In this document: in pieces, positions 8,972-19,030 of the stretch
Layout: each line of letters opens with the position of its first letter
Numbering within the stretch: the stretch's first letter is position 1
From: a virus
Lineage: Duplodnaviria; Caudoviricetes
Strand: one strand, 5' to 3'
IMG/VR virus record: IMGVR_UViG_3300016476_000282
Coordinates: 1-30,739 of that record
Length of the DNA stretch: 30,739 nucleotides
Position numbers and translations under genes: made by a program
The notes under the pieces: generated by a model
What the model was told of the DNA's origin: nothing
Seen by the model: only the letters and a program-made list of their open reading frames with translations
The model's database searches: none

Positions 8972-11126
8972 AAGTATGCAATTGCGGCATAAGGGCAACC
9001 AATGTGCAAGGTGTTGGTAGTCGATGCTGAATCGTGATCTGGGCAGGGGCCTCGTACTCACCCGGCCACGGTAACAGTGCAGTATCGCCCGTGAACAATG
9101 GTATAGGATTATCCATCAAATCGGTCGATTTTCGCGCATAAACTCGATCCATTTGATCAGTGTCTGGCCCATACCAAAGCCCCGGACCTGTCTCAAACAG
9201 GCGAATAACCAAATTGCTAATTCTTTGGGTTTTACCCTGAGCAACGCCATCCGTTGCACCAGCTTCAATTGGCATAGTCTTGATGGTCGCAGTAAAAGGC
9301 AAACCCACCTGCGCTTTGGTAACAGACACCTGTAACTCGATCTGACCAGAGACAACAGTTACATTGGGGTGTACGGCACCATCGGCCAACACGGCCACTT
9401 CTTTTCCTTCAAGATGTGATAGACCGGTAATGATGCTTGTCGCAGTGCCGCTGTAAGTAAGACCAGAGTCTACAAAAAACGCATCAGCGCCGGTTTTGTA
9501 TTTTTCAAGATATTCAACATACCGCTTTGTCGAACCGTTAATGGTTCGCTTAACAACCATGAACACGACATCTTGATCACCGTCCCAGTGCGGAATTGTA
9601 ACGACTGATTCAACCTCACCACCGACATTCTGACGATGCCATCCAACAACATCTTCGGCTCGTTCGTAAGTCATGCCGGTTAATTTGCCATTGGCCAACG
9701 GTGCCCAAACAATTTGATTTGGTTCTTGTTGATATGCAGTGTCGATAATGGCGCTGTCTGCGATATGGTCAGCCAACACATTCATGTTGGGTGCCACATA
9801 AGAATCAGAATCAAAGTTGTAAACGTATTCGCGAATTTTGCGACTTGCGCGTTGCAGAAATAAAATTGCATTGGCAATGCGCAATGGGCGCACATCTGGT
9901 GCGCTACCATAAGTTGTCTGCGGCAGAATTCTTACATTCGTTGGAGTAATGGCTTCACTGGCTGTCGATGCGCTAATTGTGAATTCGCCATTGGAAGTAC
10001 CAATTGCCAAAACTTTTGATGGTGACAACCATTGAATTGTGTTTTGATCTTGAGTATTGATCGTGTAATTCAGTGCATCGTCATCATTAGTGCCGTATTT
10101 GTGATTCTCATAATCACCACTGGTCGAAGCCCACAGTGTCTGGGGTTTATAAGATGTGCCAGCAAACCATAAACGATCTTCATAGAAAGTGACACTGCGA
10201 GGATAACCACGACGGCTTGACCATGCACCCTCAGCCCATTTTAAAGTTGCAGATGTTGCACTTGCAGGTAGTCGGCTAATTACATCAGCTGTTACCGAGG
10301 TTGCGCTAGAGTACGCTGTAATTTTTGCGTAGCCCGCACCATCGTGCATAAACTGCCAACTTACTGCACCATCACTTTCGGTACCTTCTGTATGAATCGG
10401 CGGGCGATAACCAGTGGTGCCGCCAGCAGAAGTGTAATAAAGATTTCCGTCGTAGACACGATATGAGCCACCCGATACGGATTTATTCGACTCCCACTTA
10501 TCGTACTTTGACTCAATAACTTCAGAAAATTTAAAATACGATCCAACATCGGCAGAAACAAATGTCGAAGCAGATGCAGTTATTGTGATGCCATTACCTG
10601 TTACAGCGGAAGCGGTTAGCGTTACTGTGCCGGTATTTTCGTCATTAAACGGTGGCCAGTCAAAATCAACAGCAGTAATGGTCCAATTGGTTGCACCATA
10701 TCGCGCCAATTTGTACGGTGGATAATTTTTGTGACAAAGGTAAATAACATCTGCCGACTGCGCATAGTCAAGTTCGGCAAGATCAGTGCTTGAGTATGGA
10801 CTTGCAATTTCGTATGGTGTTGAACCACCACTGACCACAATGCCACCATTTGCATAGAATCGAATGTACTGATGACCAAACTCAAGCACATAAGCTTGTT
10901 CGGTACTATATTCAAATGGGATTAGTCTGGTTTTGTTTGCTGATGTTTTTACTTCACGCACAAATCGAGTGCCAGATCGTTTTGTGGCAGGTCCGTAAAT
11001 TTGCGGAATAAAGTTTTCCATAGTTTCGCAACCAGCGCGAAACTTGGTAAGATCAATGCGTCCTTTTAACTTGGGTGAAAGTTCGCCAGCGTTAAAGGAA
11101 CTCTGAATTGGACTAGCCTTGGCCAC
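8961..11126 (-). CDS. Tail tubular protein B (nozzle)
   Basis: 721 aa; begins Q.SFNAGELSP...GR.D, with YAQSADVIYL, GYPRSVTFYEDRLWFAG and GLSHLEGKEV.VLADG, all characteristic of podovirus tubular B proteins. Confidence 0.9.
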   Translation of the reverse strand: MAKASPIQSSFNAGELSPKLKGRIDLTKFRAGCETMENFIPQIYGPATKRSGTRFVREVKTSANKTRLIPFEYSTEQAYVLEFGHQYIRFYANGGIVVSGGSTPYEIASPYSSTDLAELDYAQSADVIYLCHKNYPPYKLARYGATNWTITAVDFDWPPFNDENTGTVTLTASAVTGNGITITASASTFVSADVGSYFKFSEVIESKYDKWESNKSVSGGSYRVYDGNLYYTSAGGTTGYRPPIHTEGTESDGAVSWQFMHDGAGYAKITAYSSATSVTADVISRLPASATSATLKWAEGAWSSRRGYPRSVTFYEDRLWFAGTSYKPQTLWASTSGDYENHKYGTNDDDALNYTINTQDQNTIQWLSPSKVLAIGTSNGEFTISASTASEAITPTNVRILPQTTYGSAPDVRPLRIANAILFLQRASRKIREYVYNFDSDSYVAPNMNVLADHIADSAIIDTAYQQEPNQIVWAPLANGKLTGMTYERAEDVVGWHRQNVGGEVESVVTIPHWDGDQDVVFMVVKRTINGSTKRYVEYLEKYKTGADAFFVDSGLTYSGTATSIITGLSHLEGKEVAVLADGAVHPNVTVVSGQIELQVSVTKAQVGLPFTATIKTMPIEAGATDGVAQGKTQRISNLVIRLFETGPGLWYGPDTDQMDRVYARKSTDLMDNPIPLFTGDTALLPWPGEYEAPAQITIQHRLPTPCTLVALMPQLHTYDR

Positions 11127-11127
11127 A

Positions 11128-11688
11128 TCAGTACCTTACGTTTATCCATTCATCTTCTTCAAATTGCGCCGGAGGATTTTCTTGACCATCGACGCGCTTG
11201 GCGCGAGTTAAACTATCGTCGTACTCGGCAAACAATGTTTCTTTCTTTGTAGAACTTTGCGTTAGTGCTTCACATAGTTCAGCGGCTAACCGCGTCGCAG
11301 AGGCGTCAATAAACGATGAATCAAATTCATTGGGATCGCTGACCTTGCGAATGTATCGGACGTATAAAACATCTTCATTGGCAAGAATCTGATTTGATTC
11401 AACTTGAAATTCACCTGCCGACAAGTCTCTAATTTCAACTATGCGCAAACAATCAGCAGGTTTTGGAAATTGGTATGTAAACCCCCAGTCAGGGGCGACA
11501 CTGTTTGGTGCCAACGTGGCACGCTTCATCGCAAAATTCCACGGATGATCACGCAGCACTTGGTCGCGGATCATTTCCCAGTTTCGTTTGCAAAGATTGG
11601 CTGATTTATTGCCGTCATCCAAGCTGATGATCGGACTTTGACCGAGCTTGTCGAGGGCTTTGTTGCAAATGTCAATGACTGACGGCAC
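11128..11688 (-). CDS. Tail tubular protein A (gatekeeper/adaptor)
   Basis: 186 aa, GTG start with GGAGG RBS; SVIDICNKALDKLGQ..I.SLDD and HPWNFA, P.DCLRI motifs. Confidence 0.9.
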   Translation of the reverse strand: MPSVIDICNKALDKLGQSPIISLDDGNKSANLCKRNWEMIRDQVLRDHPWNFAMKRATLAPNSVAPDWGFTYQFPKPADCLRIVEIRDLSAGEFQVESNQILANEDVLYVRYIRKVSDPNEFDSSFIDASATRLAAELCEALTQSSTKKETLFAEYDDSLTRAKRVDGQENPPAQFEEDEWINVRY

Positions 11689-11704
11689 GATCTACCTCCA
11701 CAGC

Positions 11705-11731
11705 AAAGGAAAACGGGGGCCGAAGCCCCCG
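11705..11731 (-). terminator. Rho-independent terminator after the capsid genes
   Basis: On the minus strand CGGGGGC-TTCG-GCCCCCG followed by TTTTCCTTT: 7-bp GC stem, UUCG tetraloop, directly after the 140-aa gene stop. Confidence 0.85.
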
Positions 11732-11736
11732 AGGTC

Positions 11737-12159
11737 TTACGGTGCTGAAGCGTAGATGTCAACGACCATCGTGCCACTGGACGGCAGAGCCGCAGCGCCA
11801 ACGGTGGCAATTACAGTTTCTTCAGCGGTTAGTGCAGCGTCGTCTACAGCGCCAACTACGCCGAACAGAGTCGGGGCAGCAGCGGTAAATGCAGCAGCGG
11901 CGCGATACTTACCAGCAGAGCTGGAATTACCAATTGCAATGGTCGAGCTACCCAGCGTTGCTGACGCATTGATGATGCCGTATGCGAAAGCGTAGCCAGC
12001 GGGCAGCTTGGTCAGAACAACAGTATCGCCATCTGCTTGCGATGCCAGAGTCACAGTAGCGCGGAAGCGGCGCAGACGGCCACCAACGACACCACCATTT
12101 GCCATCGTGGTCGGGACAGAACTCTGACCCGACATTTCAGTGCTATAAGTTTGAGCCAT
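11737..12159 (-). CDS. Putative capsid decoration / minor head protein
   Basis: 140 aa, beta-rich Ala/Gly/Thr composition, AGGAG RBS, between the major capsid gene and the terminator. Confidence 0.65.
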   Translation of the reverse strand: MAQTYSTEMSGQSSVPTTMANGGVVGGRLRRFRATVTLASQADGDTVVLTKLPAGYAFAYGIINASATLGSSTIAIGNSSSAGKYRAAAAFTAAAPTLFGVVGAVDDAALTAEETVIATVGAAALPSSGTMVVDIYASAP

Positions 12160-12172
12160 GATTTATCTCCTA

Positions 12173-13042
12173 TTACTCGTCGCAAAGGATTTCGACGACT
12201 TTACCTTCTTCCGTGCGAGTTGCGCCGAAAGTACCCTTGACGTACACCTGAGTTGCATAGGATTTGTCGTCACGCTGGCTGATCTTGGCATTGATGTCAT
12301 TCCACATGCCCAGATGCAGACCAGACTTGGCCCAAGCAATAACACGACGGTTGCTGGAACCATCAACACCCAGCAGTTCAGTGTGAATGAACTTAAAGCC
12401 CATGAAGGTATCAACCTGACCTTGCACCAGTGCTTTCACGGTGTTGTAGTCTGCGGAAGTAACCTGCGTGGTGCCCAAAAGGTCATCCAGCTGCTTTGCG
12501 GTGACAGCAATATACAGCGGGTCCATATCAACATCAACTTCGTTTTCCAGAAGAATTTTCTTCGCGGTACGAAGTTTTTCGATAGTCAGACCAGTGCCAC
12601 CAACAGCAATTTGCTGACCTGCGGTGTCGAACGAAGTGTTCGTGGTACCGTTTTCGCCAGTTTTAGCAGTGCCCAGTGCGGCACTGATGATCAGCGAGTC
12701 CATTGCGCGACCAAGGGCGTAAGAGCCATTGATTGCATAAGGATTCGTCGGATCGATCAGCATACGCAGCTTGTCCTGATCATCCACCAGATCAGCCCAC
12801 TCATAGTCAGTCGGGAAAACCCAACGTGCGTCATGAGGGGTCGAGATCAGCGGGGTGTCAGCATGACGGCTGGTACGCGGCTGGGCAGTTACGGAACCGA
12901 TTTGCTCAACGGCTTTTGCAGCTTTGCCGGTGTACGAACCAACCGATACGGAATCGCGCAGCTTAGAGCCACGCTGTTGAAGCAGCAGACTGACATTAGT
13001 CGAGTACTGCTGCACAAAGGCAGTAGTAACTTCAAAACTCAT
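12173..13042 (-). CDS. Major capsid protein
   Basis: Likely start MSFEVTTAFVQQY at 13042 (GGAG RBS); LLQQRGSKLR, DKLRMLIDP, ALGRAMD, TSADYN.VKALVQG.VDTFMGFKF and GATRTEE.KVV motifs of a podovirus HK97-fold capsid family. Confidence 0.9.
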   Translation of the reverse strand: MSFEVTTAFVQQYSTNVSLLLQQRGSKLRDSVSVGSYTGKAAKAVEQIGSVTAQPRTSRHADTPLISTPHDARWVFPTDYEWADLVDDQDKLRMLIDPTNPYAINGSYALGRAMDSLIISAALGTAKTGENGTTNTSFDTAGQQIAVGGTGLTIEKLRTAKKILLENEVDVDMDPLYIAVTAKQLDDLLGTTQVTSADYNTVKALVQGQVDTFMGFKFIHTELLGVDGSSNRRVIAWAKSGLHLGMWNDINAKISQRDDKSYATQVYVKGTFGATRTEEGKVVEILCDE

Positions 13043-13088
13043 GATGAACTCCAAAAAGTTGAACCAAGTTCCCGGTTAATGATTCGAC

Positions 13089-13331
13089 TTATCCACCATG
13101 AGTGGGGTCAAGAAAACTAGGCATCTCGTTGCCGGTTGTCTCTTTCGGAGGCCGACCCGGTGGACGCTTAGCTGGCGAGTCCGGTGACTTCTCGCCGTTC
13201 TTTGAGTCTAGCACATATTTTTCCAACTCTTTGCAAGTTTTGACAACTTGATCAGGGTCAGTCAAGCCGTGGCGCGTGGCCTGCGGCAGTACAGACTCAA
13301 GAATTTTCAGTCTGATCTGAACATTATCCAT
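13089..13331 (-). CDS. Hypothetical protein
   Basis: About 80 aa ORF overlapping the scaffold stop; basic KRPPGRPPK (AT-hook-like) motif near the C-terminus. Confidence 0.6.
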   Translation of the reverse strand: MDNVQIRLKILESVLPQATRHGLTDPDQVVKTCKELEKYVLDSKNGEKSPDSPAKRPPGRPPKETTGNEMPSFLDPTHGG

Positions 13332-14145
13332 GCGCATATTCCATCAGACGTTTCATTTTTGCAACCGCGTCAGTATTGCCCTTTAAGTATTCAGCCATGA
13401 ACTCTTTGTTCAGCTTCAGGTCTGCAATTTCTTGACGTGCGGCTGCGGGGGTAAGTCCAAAGCCAGCATTGGAACGATCACCACCTTCAAAATTATCCTC
13501 GCCCATTTTGCTGCCAACGGCTGCAAGCAAGCGAAGCAACTCAGCGGTGCCCATCTTGCCTTCAAGATCGTTCAGCTTTGCTTCATCGTAACCAAGGGCC
13601 TGAACTGCACGCTTACCTGCGTCGATCTGGGCGTTGTAGCCCTGACCCCATTCTTTCTGCAAGTTTGCGATTTCTTCATCGCCTTTGCGCTTTTCTTCAG
13701 CCTCAATGGCTTTCATGCGCTCAACGCTCATGCTGTTCCAAGCATCAAACAAACCAGCGGCTTGTTTATCAGTTAGTCCTATTTTATGAGCATTTTGCTT
13801 AAACCAATTTGTCAGATCAGGGTCGCCCCCATCTGGCATTTTTATGTTGTATTTGTCCGGCGACTCCGGTCGACCAAGTTTATTGAAAAAATTGTTCAGT
13901 GCTGCCTCATCGGCGTTCTCACCGGGCATTTCAAGCAAATTTTTGCTTCCACCAACAAATTTTTCAAGATTGCGATAACTGTTCAAAACATCAGCGGGAT
14001 TTTGCCAGCCTTTGTTTGATACATACGCATTAGTATCTTCATCAAAACCAGCATTCCACGATTGCGGGGTACCGGCATTGTTTGTAGCACCGGCTCCGGC
14101 GCTACCGTTATCGCCGGTATTACCAGCGGCAGCAGCTTCACTCAT
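13324..14145 (-). CDS. Capsid assembly (scaffolding) protein
   Basis: Low-complexity N-terminus, SYRNLEKFVG, KLGRPESPDKY and L..EWG..Y motifs, acidic helical body; between portal and capsid genes. Start could also be 14151. Confidence 0.8.
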   Translation of the reverse strand: MSEAAAAGNTGDNGSAGAGATNNAGTPQSWNAGFDEDTNAYVSNKGWQNPADVLNSYRNLEKFVGGSKNLLEMPGENADEAALNNFFNKLGRPESPDKYNIKMPDGGDPDLTNWFKQNAHKIGLTDKQAAGLFDAWNSMSVERMKAIEAEEKRKGDEEIANLQKEWGQGYNAQIDAGKRAVQALGYDEAKLNDLEGKMGTAELLRLLAAVGSKMGEDNFEGGDRSNAGFGLTPAAARQEIADLKLNKEFMAEYLKGNTDAVAKMKRLMEYAHG

Positions 14146-14401
14146 TGTCATTTTCCTCAATCAGTTTGTAGACATCTTCTTCAGTCAATTGCAGATGAGC
14201 CATAATGCGAAGCCACACCTCCCGCCGACCTTCAAGAAGATACGTTATCCTGTCATTGTTCACATCTGCCGTCGGAAGTGTTGCACGACAGAATCGCCGC
14301 AGGTCGGACAGGACTTTTCGACCTTCAGGATTATTAAACGTGTTCGAGTACGCCTTTCGACGTACCAAAGTCATTGGATTGAGTTTTTGAATAATGGTCA
14401 T
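14138..14401 (-). CDS. Bbp19-like small head-associated protein
   Basis: 87 aa; Y...F..PEGRKVL.DL..FC and EGRREV.LRI motifs; immediately downstream of the portal gene. Confidence 0.75.
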   Translation of the reverse strand: MTIIQKLNPMTLVRRKAYSNTFNNPEGRKVLSDLRRFCRATLPTADVNNDRITYLLEGRREVWLRIMAHLQLTEEDVYKLIEENDNE

Positions 14402-16038
14402 TGAGTTCCTGTAAGCAGCGCTTGTGCTTGTGCGGCATCTTTCATAGCGCCAGCAAGCGGTTGTGCAGCCTGCATTGCCATCATGTCCTGTTCCTGCTGT
14501 GCACGCTGTGCGCGGATTGCTGCAACCTGATCAGGACTGTTCATAACCGGCGTTGGCACACCAGATACCTCAGCAGTCAATCGAGCCAACTCGTCTTTAT
14601 TGAACACATCCAAAATGGTTGGGTCCATGTTGGCAAATGGTGTCAGCAATTCCATCGTGCGCTGCACGCCGACCAGTTCTTCTGCACGCTGCATGCGACT
14701 CATTGGTGAGTCATAAACGATCTCATACTCACCACCGGCCTCACGCAGAATGTCCGGCATGGGTGGCAGTTGATTATGAAAGGCCAGCAGGTCAAGTTCA
14801 CGCTCGATCAGTGGACCAATGGCCTCTGATTGCTGACGACCCATGGTGGGCGCAAGCAGCATTCCTTTTTCTTGAGCACGAATCAACGCTTCAGTGGCCG
14901 TCATGCGCGGGGTTTCAACAAGAATTTGGAACAAGGTGATAAAGAACGCATCATCAATTGCTGCACGACGTTGATCCATCTTGTCCTGATTGATGTCCAC
15001 TCGCGCACCACTGTTAAACGGTTGGATCATTGCTTGACCGTTGCGATTGACGCCGCCAACATTCAAACCATTAGGTTTCATATTGACCGTCATTGCACCA
15101 CCACCCAGCACGCCGTCATCGTGAAGCAAAATAGGCGGGTCAACAAGTTTGTGAACGGCACGGATGTCCGTTTTGGCCATCTCGTTCAGCATCTTGATGT
15201 CGGGCAGTGCCAACATCGCAGGAGAACGGCCATAAGTTTCGTCAGGTGCAGTCACATACCGGCTGACCGAGTATGGGAACGAATTAAAGCCACCCGGAGG
15301 GGCCATCAGCTGCTTGTCTTGAACTGAGATGTAGTAAGACGCATAGGGCTTGCCGCGAGCGTCGGCGCGTCGTGGGTCATAGTCAACACGCGGAGCGACA
15401 ACATGGATGAACTCAAACTTGTCATTCATGCGCTGCGGGTTGCTCAATGCCACCTTCATGCGCTCTGGCAAGTTCTTTTCGCCCCAGCGTTGCGCCGCCT
15501 GTCGTGCAGTCCACTTAAAATCACGGAAGATTGTGTCGATTGCGCCTTGATGATTCTCAAGCAGATACAAATCACGCAGATTTACGCAGCGATAGCGCAA
15601 ACCGACACCGGGCTGGAAGTCGATAAACAGCGCACCAGTGCCAAAAGCACCCAATGATGTCCAACGCTCATGGTTTTGACCGGCAAAATTGGCTTTGGGG
15701 TTGTATCGTGCGGCATACAAGATGTTGTTCACCTTGTAGAAGTAATCCTGTACCTCAAAATCACGGTTTAATTCTTCATTTGTTGTGCGCAGGTTATGCC
15801 ATTTTTGCTGGCGCGGCGTCAACATTGAATCCATGACCGCAGCAAACCGATCCAAAGCGATCATTGGACGCGAATCGAATATTTTCTGCGTCTTTTTCTC
15901 GCCATCAGTGCGATCACCCATGAATCCAATCTGGCGCGGCAAAATACGCTCCGCAATTTCTTCCCAGTGTGACTCCCAGTTAGACCGAGATGCCTTCAGC
16001 GACTTAAATCGCTGAATCATGTCATCAATTTTTTCCAT
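14398..16038 (-). CDS. Portal protein (head-tail connector)
   Basis: Likely start MEKIDD at 16038; RSNWESHWEEIA, AFGTG, YGRSPAM.ALPDIK.LN and MTATE...RAQEK..LL.P..GR motifs of T7/BPP-1-type connectors. Confidence 0.92.
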   Translation of the reverse strand: MEKIDDMIQRFKSLKASRSNWESHWEEIAERILPRQIGFMGDRTDGEKKTQKIFDSRPMIALDRFAAVMDSMLTPRQQKWHNLRTTNEELNRDFEVQDYFYKVNNILYAARYNPKANFAGQNHERWTSLGAFGTGALFIDFQPGVGLRYRCVNLRDLYLLENHQGAIDTIFRDFKWTARQAAQRWGEKNLPERMKVALSNPQRMNDKFEFIHVVAPRVDYDPRRADARGKPYASYYISVQDKQLMAPPGGFNSFPYSVSRYVTAPDETYGRSPAMLALPDIKMLNEMAKTDIRAVHKLVDPPILLHDDGVLGGGAMTVNMKPNGLNVGGVNRNGQAMIQPFNSGARVDINQDKMDQRRAAIDDAFFITLFQILVETPRMTATEALIRAQEKGMLLAPTMGRQQSEAIGPLIERELDLLAFHNQLPPMPDILREAGGEYEIVYDSPMSRMQRAEELVGVQRTMELLTPFANMDPTILDVFNKDELARLTAEVSGVPTPVMNSPDQVAAIRAQRAQQEQDMMAMQAAQPLAGAMKDAAQAQALLTGTQ

Positions 16039-16171
16039 TTTTGCCTGTTCCTTTTGCTTTGGTTGCAAATTCCTTTGCTACCTTTTTCGGAGGGCAGCTA
16101 CCCTTAACTTTGCCGGGATTGTGAAGGCACATAGCCATAAATCGCTGTTGAGCGTTGCTTTTTGCAGGCAT
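16025..16171 (-). CDS. Small basic hypothetical protein (48 aa)
   Basis: Below the ORF track cut-off; MPAKSNAQQRFMAMCLHNPGKVKGSCPPKKVAKEFATKAKGTGKNGKN; start overlaps the upstream stop (TAATG) and the end overlaps the portal start. Confidence 0.7.
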   Translation of the reverse strand: MPAKSNAQQRFMAMCLHNPGKVKGSCPPKKVAKEFATKAKGTGKNGKN

Positions 16172-16959
16172 TATTCCACCCATCCAGTAAAACCAGCAGT
16201 TATTGTCGCGCCTTTATCACATGTAGCCATAAAACCCACAATGTGACCCGGCCCCACAGGCAGTGGCATCTTCATGGTCAGCGTTTGCGACGCATCCTGA
16301 AGCACTATGCCTGCCTGAGAATAAAAAAATCCGGTTTCTTGTTGATCTAGTCCGTCAATTTGAGTCGTGACAAGTTCGATCAATGAACTGGTTGCCGCCG
16401 AACCGCTAGACGATCCAGCAAACATGGTGCTGATGTATAGAGTTTTACCGCGCGGGACTCTACGAAAAGAAGAATGACTGGACCGCTGACCTGCTGCAAT
16501 ACGCGCGTAAGTGTTTGTGTTCTTTATGTCGATGTTTCCTGCTGCAACACCGCCTGATCCTACTGTGGCCACATGAATTGCCTGCACCCATCGAATGTCT
16601 GTGGCTATAGTATTGACGGGCGTCAAACCATTTAATGCAATTAGTTCGAATGCCAGATCGAGATTATGGTCAAGATATTCAATAACGATGGTTCTGGCAC
16701 CTGTTCCACCCGCTATATCACTGGCGCTAGAGCTAACCAACTGCATTTGCTGACCTGTTGTTGGCGGCACATGGAGCACTGTGCCGTCTTGGTCTTGAAT
16801 TAGCGTTCTAGTGACACCAGCGCCAGCAATCAGTTTGCCATAACCAACTACAGGGTATGCCGTTCGCACACGACCGCGAGCAATCTCGTTTTCATACGAG
16901 TCGTCTGGCCGATATTGGTCGGTCCAGTAGCGGTTATATTGTGGAACGTCGATGCTCAT
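16171..16959 (-). CDS. Hypothetical beta-rich protein, possibly virion-associated
   Basis: 262 aa, coupled by overlapping start/stop on both sides; SSSASD..GGTGARTI.I.YLD motif; no function recognised. Confidence 0.75.
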   Translation of the reverse strand: MSIDVPQYNRYWTDQYRPDDSYENEIARGRVRTAYPVVGYGKLIAGAGVTRTLIQDQDGTVLHVPPTTGQQMQLVSSSASDIAGGTGARTIVIEYLDHNLDLAFELIALNGLTPVNTIATDIRWVQAIHVATVGSGGVAAGNIDIKNTNTYARIAAGQRSSHSSFRRVPRGKTLYISTMFAGSSSGSAATSSLIELVTTQIDGLDQQETGFFYSQAGIVLQDASQTLTMKMPLPVGPGHIVGFMATCDKGATITAGFTGWVE

Positions 16960-17126
16960 TTCTTCTTACCGGCCATCATGCCAAGTAATTCGGTGATCAT
17001 CTTTCTGCGCTGACCGACTGATAAAAGCTGCGCGGCCTTGCCGATAATCTCGCCTTCAAGCTCGGCCTTCTCAGTGGCTTTCGATTCCTTCTCGCCTTCA
17101 CCATTACCGTTTCTGCCGTTGTCCAT
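16956..17126 (-). CDS. Small hypothetical protein (56 aa)
   Basis: Below the ORF track cut-off; MDNGRNGNGEGEKESKATEKAELEGEIIGKAAQLLSVGQRRKMITELLGMMAGKKK; TAATG overlap upstream, ATGA overlap downstream, GGAGG upstream. Confidence 0.7.
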   Translation of the reverse strand: MDNGRNGNGEGEKESKATEKAELEGEIIGKAAQLLSVGQRRKMITELLGMMAGKKK

Positions 17127-17476
17127 TATCGCGACCCTCCGAGTAGTCTAGCGACAGAAATTTGCGGTGCTGAATAGTCCTCTTGTGAGGTCAGCATGGT
17201 GGCTGCACGACCGCGTGCACGACGTTCGCGCATACGGGCCATATCAGCAGCAGCTTGAACAGCTTCGGTGGCAATAGATGGTGGTGCAGTGGGTGCGGCA
17301 GCAGCAGATACGGGAGCCGGTGCTGGCGCTGGCGCAGCAGCGGGGGCAGCAGGTGCGGGTGCCGGGGCTGCTACCCGCGGCGGCGATGGGGCAAGACCTA
17401 CAGCCTGTGCTACACCGCCTACAGCTTTACCCACAGCCCCGGTAACTGATTTAACTAATTTACCGACAGCAGACAT
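17126..17476 (-). CDS. Ala/Pro-rich small protein, possibly virion/tail assembly
   Basis: 116 aa, GGAGG RBS; PAPAPA linker then RRARGRAATMLT...LLG, a pattern seen in small genes upstream of podovirus portals. Confidence 0.7.
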   Translation of the reverse strand: MSAVGKLVKSVTGAVGKAVGGVAQAVGLAPSPPRVAAPAPAPAAPAAAPAPAPAPVSAAAAPTAPPSIATEAVQAAADMARMRERRARGRAATMLTSQEDYSAPQISVARLLGGSR

Positions 17477-17488
17477 AATGACCTCCGA

Positions 17489-19030
17489 TCAAGTACTCAA
17501 AATATCGTAGTCGGACTGTGCGAACCGACCGTGCATGGCAGTACGGCGGCGCATCATCTGACTGTCGCGGCGTGCAACTTGCTCTGCGAATGTCAGCGCC
17601 AGTGCGTCGCCGTCATCAGGTGAAGCCAGACCCCGTTTCTTCATGGAGTCCTTTGTTTCCAATTTGATCTGGCCTTTGAGGTGGATACTGTACTCGGGGC
17701 CTGTCAAATCGTCAATCAACGTCGCTTCGTTGTCAATACAGCCATAGGTCAGCCACTCGCGCATGTCGCCCCACATCTCGGCTCGCCGGTTCAGGTACTT
17801 GTCAGGGTCATACGCCTTCTCGCCACTCTGGACCTCTATCACGCGGTAGCCAAGCTGTTTCAGACGGTCCACGACGCCGCCGCCCACGCCCCCGCCGTCC
17901 ACGAACACGGCGTCAGGATTGTACTTCTCGATTAGCGCTGCGACGTTGGCCGCAAGCTCCATGGTATCGACGCCACGGTACTTGACCGGGGCGATTGTAC
18001 GCGCGTCGCGCCCGCGCCTAAACCTGATTACGCTCTCGTCGTCACCGAACCGGGCGACGTCCACGCCCATCAGCAGCGGTGCACCATCGTCATTGATCAG
18101 CTCACGCTCTGCGGCGGCCTGTGCTGTGTCGCGTCCGATGAACTGATTCGATCCTGTGCGCGGAAACTCACCCTTGACCTCGACGCGGGTAACATCATGG
18201 TCCTCGCCGTACTTGTCAGCGATGCGCTGATACACGCCTGCATCGACACCCTCGACTGTACGACTATCGATGTACCGTGTCTCCCAGAACGCCCGGTCTT
18301 TGTGGAAGCACTCGAAGAACCGGCCAGTATTGCGTCGCGGGTTCGATATGGCCAACCACAGGCGCAGGAACGCCAGATCGGTAAAGAAGCCCTCAGTCAC
18401 CTGCCAGATGGGGTCAGGGATACCCGATGCCTCGTCGAACTGCACCATCATGCCGATCTGACTGTGTGCACCGGCAAACGCATCAGGGTTTTCCTCACTC
18501 CACGACTGCGCATCGACGTAGTAGTATTGTGTGTCCATCTTCAACTGCTGCTCAACGAGATCACCGAACCAGCGTGCAGGGCGCAGCGTGGTGCTGCTTT
18601 TGTCGAACCAGTGCGAGTTGATCGACATGGTGTGCCACTTACCCAACTCGGCCATTGTTCTTGAGCGCAACTGTGTCTCGGTGTTGGCGGTGACGATGGT
18701 TGTGGCTCCGATCCAGCACGACATCACCCACATGTCCAACATCGCCAGAAACGCCGACTTCCCCGGCCCACGACCCGACGAGATGGCCAAGTACAGCGGC
18801 TCAGGTGTTAGCCCGATGCGCTGCTTCTCAAGGTCAGTCTGCAAGTGGTCAGCGATGCGCTTGAACTCGTCGCGCTGCCAGCGGCGCGGACCACTGATCT
18901 TCTCCAGCGGTGTGCCTTTGACGCCCCATGGAAACGCATAGAGTGCATACGCCTCGGGGTCATACTTGAACTGAAGCAGGTCAGTGATTAACTGCTGCTC
19001 TTTGGACGATGGGCCAGCACTCTTACTCAT
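17489..19030 (-). CDS. terL: Terminase large subunit
   Basis: Walker A SGRGPGKS, Walker B MVQFDEASG, SNP coupling motif, RNase H-like nuclease motifs LMGVDVARFGDD and SPDDGDALALTF. Confidence 0.95.
   Translation of the reverse strand: MSKSAGPSSKEQQLITDLLQFKYDPEAYALYAFPWGVKGTPLEKISGPRRWQRDEFKRIADHLQTDLEKQRIGLTPEPLYLAISSGRGPGKSAFLAMLDMWVMSCWIGATTIVTANTETQLRSRTMAELGKWHTMSINSHWFDKSSTTLRPARWFGDLVEQQLKMDTQYYYVDAQSWSEENPDAFAGAHSQIGMMVQFDEASGIPDPIWQVTEGFFTDLAFLRLWLAISNPRRNTGRFFECFHKDRAFWETRYIDSRTVEGVDAGVYQRIADKYGEDHDVTRVEVKGEFPRTGSNQFIGRDTAQAAAERELINDDGAPLLMGVDVARFGDDESVIRFRRGRDARTIAPVKYRGVDTMELAANVAALIEKYNPDAVFVDGGGVGGGVVDRLKQLGYRVIEVQSGEKAYDPDKYLNRRAEMWGDMREWLTYGCIDNEATLIDDLTGPEYSIHLKGQIKLETKDSMKKRGLASPDDGDALALTFAEQVARRDSQMMRRRTAMHGRFAQSDYDILST

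Noticed and set aside
9342-9352. CTGACCAGAGA complementary to part of the 29933-29952 loop
   Set aside because: It lies on the non-coding strand inside the tubular B gene, so the mRNA would not pair with the loop; consistent with chance.
12158-13120. 320-aa + strand ORF opposite the major capsid gene
   Set aside because: Antisense shadow of a strongly codon-biased gene; no recognisable motifs or RBS.
16025-16040. A-AAA-AAT slippery-like heptamer at the end of the 48-aa ORF fusing it to the portal
   Set aside because: A -1 shift enters a frame that stops within a few codons; the portal is in the other frame.
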